64,000 nt of DNA. It comes from Eledone cirrhosa. Its lineage: Eukaryota. Shown piece after piece: positions 53,613-64,000 of this stretch (within the stretch, counting starts at the first letter, position 1; the number at the start of each line of letters is the position of its first letter). A program made the translations under genes and the position numbers. The stretch spans positions 13,020,001-13,084,000 of the forward strand of contig OZ024764.1 of assembly GCA_964016885.1 (NCBI GenBank), given 5' to 3'. The notes beneath the pieces were generated by a model, which was given only the letters and a program-made list of their open reading frames with translations, was not told the DNA's origin and did no database searches.

Positions 53613-53754
53613 TACCACAGAATTAGTAAAATAAAAAAAGAAGAAAAAGAAGAAGAAGAAAACAGATTAAAAAAAATACTTTTTTTTCTTGTCTGAGAGA
53701 AAATATGTAATTCTTGCAAAGATTGGTTGATGGATTCTGCATTGCCAAAACTTG

Positions 53755-54160
53755 TCATCACTACCACCACCACCATCATCACCATCACCATCACCATCAC
53801 TACCATCATCACCATCACCACCATCATCATCACTACCACCACCACCACCCACCACCATCATCACTACCACCACCACCACCACCATCACCACCATCATCAC
53901 TACCACCACCATCACTACCACCACCACCATCACTACCATCACCATCATCACTACCACCACCCATCATCACTACCACCACCACCACCATCATCACCATCAT
54001 CACCACCATCATCATCATCATCACCATCATCATCATCACCACCACCACCACCATTATCACTACCACCACCATCACTACCACCACCACCACCATTATCACT
54101 ACCACCACCACCACCACCATCATCCCCCACCACCACCATCATCATCACCACCACCACCCT
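53755..54160. repeat. (CAC/CAT)n tract
   Basis: Direct reading. Confidence 0.92.
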
Positions 54161-54199
54161 CCCACGGGTTACAAGCTGAAGCTGAAGCATATAGACCAA

Positions 54200-54853
54200 T
54201 ATGCCCCGCACACCCCTCCCACTGTAAAGAAAGTGGACGTGGAGGTGCCACAGCAAAAAAGCACCCAGCCCACACCTGTAAAGAAAGTGGACGTGGAGGT
54301 GCCACAGCAAAAAAGCACCCAGCCCCACACTGTAAAGAAAGTGGACGTGGAGGTGCCACAGCAAAAAAAGCACCCAGCCCACGCTGTAAAGTGGACGTGG
54401 AGGCGCCACGGAAAAAAAAGCATCCAGCCCACACTGTAAAGTGGACGTTGAGGTTGCCACGGAAAAAAAAAGCACCCAGCCCACACTTGTAAAGTGGACG
54501 TGGAGGTGCCACAGCAAAAATGCACCCAGCCCACACTGTAAAGTGGTCGTGTAGGTGCCACGGCAAAAAAGCACCCAGCCCACACTGTAAAGTGGACGTG
54601 GAGGCGCCACGAAAAAAAAGCACACAGCACTCACTGTAAAGTGGACGTGGAGGCACCATGGAAAAAAAAGCACACAGCACTCACTGTAAATGAGGTTGGT
54701 GTTAGGAAGGGCATCAGCTTGTAGAAATCAAGCCAGGAATCAGTTCCCGTATGAGCAAGACAAGGTCAGCCGACCGGACACTGCCCACAACAGAACAAAT
54801 CCGTCTAACCCATGCTAGCGTGGAAGAACGGACATAAAACGGTGATGATGATG
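54200..54853 (+). mobile_element. SINE family A 3' part with about 10 copies of the 45-49-bp unit
   Basis: gtggacgtggaggtgccac...aaaaaagcacccagcccacactgtaaa unit, then core and tail. Confidence 0.9.
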
Positions 54854-54859
54854 GTCCCA

Positions 54860-55600
54860 TACCTGCTAATAGAGTCAGAGGGGCGCTGTTGTTGACATAC
54901 AATGTTTCTAGGGTAGTTTTTAAGCCTGGCAAAGCCCATCCCTTCTCCAGGTCTAAATACAACAGATTTCTTCTAGAGAAAGACATAGAGTAAAATCAAC
55001 CCCAGTACTAAACTGGTACTTTTATATCAACCTTAATGGATGAAGGGCAAAGTGTACCTCGGCGGGATTTGAACTGGAACAAATACCTCAAAACATTCTA
55101 TTCAGTGTTCTAATAACTCTGCCAATTAGCCACCAATTGTATCTATGTATGGTGCCATAACTTCTGATAGAGTCCTAGGGGCGCTGTGTTGACACAGTGT
55201 TTCTAGGGTAGTTTTTAAGCCTGGGAAAGCCCATCCCTTCTCCAGGTCTAAATACAACAGATTTTCTTCTAGAGAAAGACAAAGAGTGGAAGACTAGAAA
55301 TGAGAAAGAGATATAAAGGAAGAATAAACCCCAGTACTAGACTGGTACTTTTATATCAACCTTAATGGATGAAAAAGAAAAAGTCTACCTCAGCGGGATT
55401 TGAACTCAGACCAGGCCTGAGTTACAACAGATTTCTTCCAGAGAAAGACAAAGAGTGGAAAGACTAGAAATGAGAAAGAGATATAAAGGAAGAATCAACC
55501 CCAGTACTAGACTGGTACTTTTATATCAACCTTAATGGATGAAGGGCAAAGTCTACCTCGGCGGATTTGAACTGGAACAAACACCTCAAAACATTCTATT
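54860..55600. repeat. Nested local duplications including three SINE family B-like fragments (-)
   Basis: 54867-54985 is similar to 55167-55280; ctggtacttttatatcaaccttaatggatgaa occurs three times. Confidence 0.75.
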
Positions 55601-55769
55601 CAACATTTTAACAACATTCTATTCACTGTCTATAGTAATAACAACAATAAGAACAACAACACCAACCATTTATGGAGAGATGACAAATGACAAATGGCTT
55701 TTCAGACAACTTCCATTGTTATGGACTTATTAAAATTGTTCATCACACCTGCTTTCTTCTTGTGAGTTA

Positions 55770-58025
55770 TGTGGTGGTGGTGGTGGTGGTGCGTGGTGGT
55801 GTGTGGTGGTGGTGGTGGTGGTGGTGGTGGTGGTGCGTGGTGGTGTGTGGTGGTGGTGGTGGTGGTGGTGGTGGTGGTGCGTGGTGGTGTGTGGTGTGTG
55901 GTGGTGGTGGTGGTGGTGGTGATGGTGGTGTGCTGGTGGTGGTGGTGGTAGTGGTGTGGTGGTGTGGTGGGTAGTGGTGGTGGTGGTAGTGGTGGTGGTG
56001 ATGGTTATAGTGGTGGTGGTGGTGGTGTGGTGCTGGTGGTGATGGTGGTGGTGGTGTGGTGGTGGTGCTGGTGGTGCTGGTGGTGGTGCTGGTGGTGGTG
56101 GTGGTGCTGGTGGTGGTGGGTGTGGTGGTGGTGGTGGTGTAGTGGTGGTGATGGTAATGGTGGTGGTGGTGGTGGTTATGTGTGTGTGGGGGGGGGGGGG
56201 TAATGGGGGGGGTGGGGGGGGGGGGGGTGATTGGTGGCGGGGTGGTGGTGGTTGTTGTGGTGGTGGTGGTTGGTGGTGGTTGTTGTGGTGGTAGTGGTGG
56301 TGGTGGTGGTGGTGGTGGTGGTAATAGTAGTAGTAGTGGTGGTGGTAGTAGTGGTAGTAGTAGTGGTGGTAGTAGCAACAGTCTAGTAGTAATAATAGTT
56401 ACAGTAGTTGTAGTAGTAGTAGTAGTAGTAGTTACAGTAGTAGTAATTACAGTAGTAGTAGTACTAGTAGTAGTAGTAGTAGCATCAGCAACTGTTAATA
56501 CTACTACTACTGCTACTACTACCACCACTAGTACTACTACTACTACCACTACGACCACTACTGTAACTACCACTACTACCACTACCACCATCACCACTAC
56601 TACTACTACCACTACTACCACCACTACCACTACCACCACTACTACAACTACTACTACAACCACTACAACCACCACCACCACTACTACTACTACTACTACT
56701 GCTACTACTACCACCACTAGTACTACTATTACTACCACTACGACTACTACTGTAACTACCACTACTACCACCACTACTACTACCACTACCACCACCACTA
56801 CTACTACTACTACGACTACTACTACCACCACTACTACTACTACTACTACCACTACTACCATCACCACTACTACTACTACTACTACCACTACTACCACCAC
56901 CACTACCACTACTACTACTACCACTACTACCATCACCACTACCACTACTACTACCACCACTACCACTACTACTACTACCACTACTACCATCACCAATACT
57001 ACTACTACTACTACCACTACTACCACCACCACTACCACTACTACTACTACCACTACTACCATCACCACTACCACTACTACTACCACCACTACCACTACCA
57101 CTACTACTACTACTACCATCACCACTACCACCACTACCACCACCACTACTACTACTACCACTACTACCATCACCCACTACCACTACTACCACTACTACTA
57201 CTACCATCACCACTACCACCACTACCACTACTACTACTACCATCACCACTACCACCACTACCACCACCACTACTACTACTACCACTACTACCATCACCAC
57301 TACCACTACTACCACCACTACTACTACCACTACTACCATCACTACTACCACCACTACCACCACCACTACTACTACTACCACTACTACCATCACCACTACC
57401 ACCACTACCACCACCACTACTACTACTACCACTACTACCATCACCACTACCACCACTACCACCACTACTACTACCACTACTACCATCACCACTACCACTA
57501 CTACCACTACCACCACCACTACTACCATCACCACTACCACCACTACCACCACTACTACTACCACTACTACCATCACCACTACCACTACTACCACTACCAC
57601 CACCACTACTACTACCACTACTACCATCACCACTACCACCACTACCACCACTACTACTACTACTACTACCACTACTACCATCACCACTACCACTACTACC
57701 ACTACCACCACCACTACTACTACCACTACTACCATCACCACTACCACCACTACCACCACTACTACTACTACTACGACCACTACTACCATCACCACTACCA
57801 CCACTACCACCACTACTACTACTACTACTACCACTACTACCATCACCACTACCACCACTACCACCACTACTACTACTACTACGACCACTACTACCATCAC
57901 CACTACCACCACTACCACCACCACTACCACCACTACCACTACTACCATCACCACCACCACTACTACCACCACTACCACCACTACCACTACTACCATCACC
58001 ACCACCACCACTTACTACTACTACT
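55770..58025. repeat. (GGT/AGT)n switching to (ACT/ACC)n at ~56490
   Basis: Direct reading. Confidence 0.93.
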
Positions 58026-58146
58026 AAAAGGTTAGAAATGAAAACTAAATGAAAAAAAAATATTTATTTAAATGTAAATTGTAAAATGAACAAATGTTGA
58101 ACAAACACTAAATATTAAATTATATTTTTGTATTATTAAATAATAG

Positions 58147-60310
58147 TGTGGTGGTGTTGTGTGTGGTGGTGTGTGGTGTGTGGTGTGTGGTGGGGTGTGG
58201 TGTGTGGTGGTGTGTGGTGTGTGGTGTGGTGTGTGTGTGGTGTGTGGTGTGGTGTGGTGGTGTGTGTGGTGTGGTGTGTGGTGTGGTGTGTGGTGTGGTG
58301 TGTGTGGTGGGTGTGTGTGGTGGTGTGTGTGTGGTGGTGTGTGGTGTGTGTGGTGTGTGTGGTGGTGTGTGGTGTGTGGTGTGTGGTGGTATGTGGTGTG
58401 TGGTGGTATGTGGTGTGTGGGGTGTGGTGGTGTGTGGTGTGTGGTGTGTGTGTGGTGGTGTGTGGTGTGTGGTGGTGTGTGTGTGGTGTGTGTGTGGTGG
58501 TGTGTGGTGTGTGGTGGTGTGTGGTGTGTGGTGGTGTGTGGTGGTGTGGGGTGTGTGGTGTGTGGTGTGTGGTGTGTGGGGTGTGTGGGGTGTGGTGTGT
58601 GTGGTGTGTGGTGTGTGGTGGTGTGTGGTGTGTGGTGGTGTGTGGTGTGGTGGTGTGTGGTGGTGTGTGGTGTGTGTGTGTGGGGTGTGGGTGTGTGTGT
58701 GGGTGTGGTGTTGTGGTGTGTGGTGGTATGTGGTGTGTGGTGTGTGGTGTGTGGTGTGTGGTGCGTGGTGTGTGGTGTGTGTGGTGTGTGGTGGTGTGGG
58801 TGTGTGGTGTGTGGTGTGTGGTGTGTGGGGTGTGTGGGGTGTGGCGTGTGTGGTGTGTGGTGTGTGGTGGTGTGTGGTGGTGTGTGGTGGTGTGTGGGTG
58901 TGTGGTGTGTGGGGTGTGTGGTGTGTGGTGTGTGTGGTGTGTGGTGGTGTGTGGTGTGTGGTGTGGTGGTGGTATGTGGTGTGTGGGTGGTGTGTGGTGG
59001 TGTGTGGGTGTGTGGTGTGTGGGGTGTGTGGTGTGTGGTGTGTGTGGTGTGTGTTGGTGTGTGGTGTGTGGTGTGTGGTGGTTTGTGGTGTGTGGTGGTA
59101 TGTGGTGTGTGGTGTGTGGTGGTATGTGCTGTGTTGTGTGTGGTGTGTGGTGTGGTGTGTGGTGGTATGTGGTGTGTGGTGGTGTGTGGTGTGTGGTGGT
59201 GTGTGGTGGTGTGTGGTGGTGTGGTGTGTGGTGGTATGTGGGTGTGTGGTGGGTATGTGGGTGTGTGGTGGTGTGTGGTGTGTTGTGTGTGTGGTATGTG
59301 GTGTGGTGTTGGTGTGGGTGTGTGGTGGTATGTGGTGTGTGGTGGTGTGTGGTGTGTGGTGGTGTGTGGTGTGTGGTGGTGTGTGGTGTGTGGTGTGTGT
59401 GGTGTGTGGTGGTTCTGTGGTGGTTGTGGTGGTGTGGGGTGTGTGGTGGTATGTGGTGTGTGGTGGTGTGTGGTGTGTGGTGGTGTGTGGTTGTTGTGTG
59501 TTGTGGTATGTGGTGTGGTGTGTGGTGTGGTGTGTGGTGGTATGTGGTGTGTGGTGGTGTGTGGTGGTGTGTGGTGGGGGTGGGGGTGTGGGTGGGTGGG
59601 GTGGGGTGGGGGGTGGTGTGTGGTGTGGGGGTGTGTGGTGTGTGGTGGTGTGTGGTGGTGTGTGGTGTGTGGGGGTGTGGGGTGTGGTGGGGTGGTGTGT
59701 GGTGCGTGGTGGTGTGTGGTGTGTGTGTGGTGTGTGGTGTGTGGTGGTCGTGTGTGATCTGTGGTGGTGTGTGTGTGTGGTGGTGTGTGGGGGTGTGTGG
59801 TGTGTGGTGTGTGGTGGTGTGTGTGGTGTGTGGTGTGTGGTGGTGTGTGGTGTGTGGTGTGTGGTCGTGTGTGATGTGTGGTGGTGTGTGGTGTGTGGTG
59901 TGTGGTGGTGTGTGTGTGTGGTGGGGTGTGGTGTGTTGTGGTGTGTGGTGGTGGTGTGGTGGTGTGTGGTATGTGGTGGTGTGTGGTGTGTGTGTGTGTG
60001 TGGTGTGTGAGTGTGTGTGAAGGTTGTGGTGTGGTGTGTGTGGTGGTGGGTGTGTGGTGTGTGGTATGTGTGTGTGTGAGTGTGATGTGTGCTATGTGTG
60101 TGTGTGGTGTGGTGTGTGGGTGTGTGAGAGAGCGTATGTTGTGTATGTGTGAGTGTGTGAGAGTGTGTGTGTGTGGTGGGTGGTATGTGTGTGTGTGGTG
60201 TGGTGTGTGTGGTGTGTGATGGTGTGTGTGTGAGTGTGTGTGGTGTGTAGTGTGTGTATGAGAGTGTGTGTGGTGTGAGTGTGTGTGTGTGTGAGAGTGA
60301 GTGTGGGTAT
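58147..60310. repeat. (GTG/GT) compound tract
   Basis: Direct reading. Confidence 0.95.
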
Positions 60311-60490
60311 GTATGACTGTATATATATATATATATATTTATATACACATTACATATATTATATATGCATGTATGTAATATGTATAAATGTATTTAGAAT
60401 TATAGTATAAATGTATTTAGAATTATAATATACATATATGTATATTATATATATATATCATCACTATTTAACATTTATTTTCCATATATA

Positions 60491-60521
<31 letters not shown>

Positions 60522-60616
60522 GTGTGTATGTATATATACACATACATATATATATATATATATGTGTGTATATATATATATATATATGTGTGTATGTATA
60601 TATACACATATATATA

Positions 60617-60684
<68 letters not shown>

Positions 60685-60883
60685 TATTTACATATGTACA
60701 TATACACATAAATATATATATATATATACACATATATATATACATATACATATATATATGTGTGTATGTATGTTTATGTATGTGTAATTGATGAAATTAA
60801 AATATGAGTCCTGTTTTGATACAACAGGGGACAATTTTTAATTATATCTGAAATATTTCTAATTGGAGTTTCAATTAACGGCT

Positions 60884-60897
60884 GTTGCTATGGAAAC
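60884..60897. promoter_or_regulatory. RFX X-box motif
   Basis: GTTGCTATGGAAAC fits GTHNYY-AT-RRNAAC, in a unique island. Confidence 0.55.
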
Positions 60898-60979
60898 CTG
60901 ACATGTGTCTGAAACAAAAGACATCAATGTTCCAAAGTCAGAAACTACACACTGTTATTACACTTACATTACATACATA

Positions 60980-62662
60980 TATCATCATCATCACCGTTTT
61001 ATGTCTGTTCTTCCATGCTAGCATGGGTTAGACGGGTTGTCCTGTTGTGGGCAGTGTCTGGTCGGCTGACCATGCCTTGCTCATACAGGAACTGATTCTG
61101 GCTTGATTTCTACAGCCGGATGCCCTTCCTAACACCAACCTCATTTACAGTGAGTGCTGGGTGCTTTTTCGTGGCGCCCACACATCCACTTTACAGTGTG
61201 GGCTGGGTGCTTTTTCGTGGCACCTACACATCCACTTTACAGTGTGGGCTGGGTGCTTTTTCGTGGCACCTACACGTCCACTTTACAGTGTGGGCTGGGT
61301 GCTTTTTTGCTGTGGCGCCTACACGTCCACTTTACAGTGTGGGCTGGGTGCTTTTTTGCCGTGGCGCCTACACGTCCACTTTACAGTGTGGGCTGGGTGC
61401 TTTTTGTCATGACTCCTACACATCCACTTTACAGTGTGGGCTGGGTGCTTTTTGTCATGACTCCTACACATCCACTTTACAGTGTGGGCTGGGTGCTTTT
61501 TTGCTGTGGCGCCTACACATCCACTTTACAGTGTGGGCTGGGTGCTTTTTTGCCGTGGCGCCTACACATCCACTTTACAGTGTGGGCTGGGTGCTTTTTT
61601 GCCGTGGCGCCTACACATCCACTTTACAGTGTGGGCTGGGTGCTTTTTTGCCGTGGCACCTACACATTCACTTTACAGTGTGGGCTGGGTGCTTTTTTTG
61701 CCGTGGCACCTCCACATCCACTTTACAGTGTGGGCTGGGTGCTTTTTTGCCGTGGCACCTCCACATCCACTTTACAGTGTGGGCTGGGTGCTTTTTTGCC
61801 GTGGCGCCTACACATTCACTTTACAGTGGGTGCTGGGTGCTTTTTTGCCGTGGCGCCTACACGTCCACTTTACAGTGTGGGCTGGGTGCTTTTTTGCCGT
61901 GGCGCCTACACATTCACTTTACAGTGTGGGCTGGGTGCTTTTTTGCCGTGGCGCCTACACATCCACTTTACAGTGTGGGCTGGGTGCTTTTTTGCCGTGG
62001 CGCCTACACATTCACTTTACAGTGTGGGCTGGGTGTTTTTTTGCCATGGCGCCTACACATCCACTTTACAGTGTGGGCTGGGTGCTTTTTTGCCGTGGCG
62101 CCTACACATCCACTTTACAGTGTGGGCTGGGTGCTTTTTTGCCGTGGCGCCTACACATCCACTTTACAGTGTGGGCTGGGTGCTTTTTTGCCGTGGCACC
62201 TACACATCCACTTTACAGTGTGGGCTGGGTGCTTTTTTGCCGTGGCACCTACACATCCACTTTACAGTGTGGGCTGGGTGCTTTTTTGCCATGGCGCCTA
62301 CACATTCACTTTACAGTGTGGGCTGGGTGCTTTTTTGCCGTGGCGCCTACACATCCACTTTACAGTGTGGGCTGGGTGCTTTTTTGCCGTGGCGCCTACA
62401 CGTCCACTTTACAGTGTGGGCTGGGTGCTTTTTTGCCGTGGCGCCTACACGTCCACTTTACAGTGTGGGCTGGGTGCTTTTTTGCCGTGGCGCCTACACG
62501 TCCACTTTACAGTGTGGGCTGGGTGCTTTTTTGCCGTGGCGCCTACACGTCCACTTTACAGTGTGGGCTGGGTGCTTTTTTGCCGTGGCGCCTACACGTC
62601 CACTTTACAGTGTGGGCTGGGTGCTTTTTTGCCGTGGCACCTCCACGACCACCTTGCAGTGG
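60980..62662 (-). mobile_element. SINE family A 3' part with a 45-bp unit expanded to about 33 copies (61145-62660)
   Basis: Tail and core at 60980-61145 match 54690-54853 in reverse. Confidence 0.92.
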
Positions 62663-62769
62663 GAGGATATACATATATATGATATGTTGAATAAAATCAT
62701 AATTAACTGATCATCCTGTATTTTCTTTTACCCAAAGCAAGGAACTTTTCAGCTCCCCCTCATAAAATA

Positions 62770-62910
62770 ATTGTTCCTACTTTAGGCACAAGTGTATTAC
62801 CCCAACAATTACCCCAGTGTATTACAGTTACTTTATTTTATCGACCCTGATCCCATAAGGATGAAAGATAAAGCTAACCTCGGCTGGATTTGAACTAAGA
62901 ATGTAAAGGG
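62770..62910 (-). mobile_element. SINE family B fragment
   Basis: ctactttaggcacaag...ttttatcgaccc...ggatttgaact. Confidence 0.75.
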
Positions 62911-63059
62911 CCATAGTGTGTAGCTATTAATGTTACTGTTGTTGTTGTTGATGTTGTTGCTAAACTATAAAGCAATATGTTCTGGTGTAGTCATGATTAG
63001 GGAAGGGGGGAGGGGGGGGGGTATGGAGCAGATAATCCTGAGTGTTGGAATACTCACAC

Positions 63060-63274
63060 ACATATATATATATATGTGTGTGTGTGTGTATATGTATATA
63101 TATATAGATATTTATATATACATATGTGTATATATATGTATATATAGAGGTATATATATATATATACACATATAGATATGCATATGTATATATATACACA
63201 TATGTATATATATATATATATATACACGTGTATTTATATATATACATATACATATGTGTATATATATATATACA

Positions 63275-63315
<41 letters not shown>

Positions 63316-63382
63316 GCATATATATATATATATATATATATATGCATTTATATATATATGTATACATAAATAAATATATATA

Positions 63383-63418
<36 letters not shown>

Positions 63419-63456
63419 ACATATATAAGTATATATATATATATATATACATACAT

Positions 63457-63490
<34 letters not shown>

Positions 63491-63611
63491 TATATACATA
63501 CTTACATATATATATATACTGTATATATATATATATATATATATGTATACATATATAAGTATATATATATATATATACATACATTATATATATATATATA
63601 TATACATACAT

Positions 63612-63650
<39 letters not shown>

Positions 63651-63800
63651 ATATAGATACATATATATATATATATATATATACATATTTATATATATAC
63701 ATATATATATATATACATATACATACATATATATATATATATACATATACATACATATATATATATATATACATATACATACATATATATATATATACAT

Positions 63801-63859
<59 letters not shown>

Positions 63860-63905
63860 TATATATATATAGGTATATATATAAATGTACATATGTATAT
63901 ATATA
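63060..63905. repeat. (TA)n compound tract
   Basis: Direct reading. Confidence 0.95.
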
Positions 63906-64000
63906 TATTGTCGAAGAGACACAAATGCTTTAATTTGTTAATGGTTGAAAGGGATCATGGGAAATCATTTTGTAGAACTGCTCAACAACAACAACAACAA

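Noticed and set aside
58147-60310. Telomeric repeat
   Set aside because: Irregular GT/GTG sequence, not TTAGGG.

Overview
Eukaryotic, extremely repeat-rich window with no convincing host protein-coding exon. Nearly all ORF-track entries are translations of micro/minisatellites. The SINE and MITE families look like those of octopod cephalopods (recognition from memory, not a database result). Real coding remnants are all retroelement fragments: an RTE LINE 3' end split by an 80-bp array, a Penelope-like (PLE) RT fragment, an R4/Dong-type RLE fragment in (CATA)n and a Tx1/L1 3' fragment in (TCTA)n. Top candidates for a second look: (1) a recursive-splice-site-like junction on the minus strand (T-tract-CCAG|GTAAGA at 39517/39516), with a 114-nt cryptic exon carrying stops in all frames and a hairpin that would mask the site; (2) a family of (TA)n-embedded fold-back elements with type I hammerhead ribozymes that covary in stem II; (3) a SINE-RTE pair sharing a covarying 3' stem-loop; (4) repeated birth of minisatellites from inside TEs; (5) small unique islands with strong TF motifs (RFX X-box, NF-Y pair, TCF pair, POU palindrome). 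Together these suggest a very long intron or regulatory desert. Repeat boundaries and copy numbers are hand estimates.
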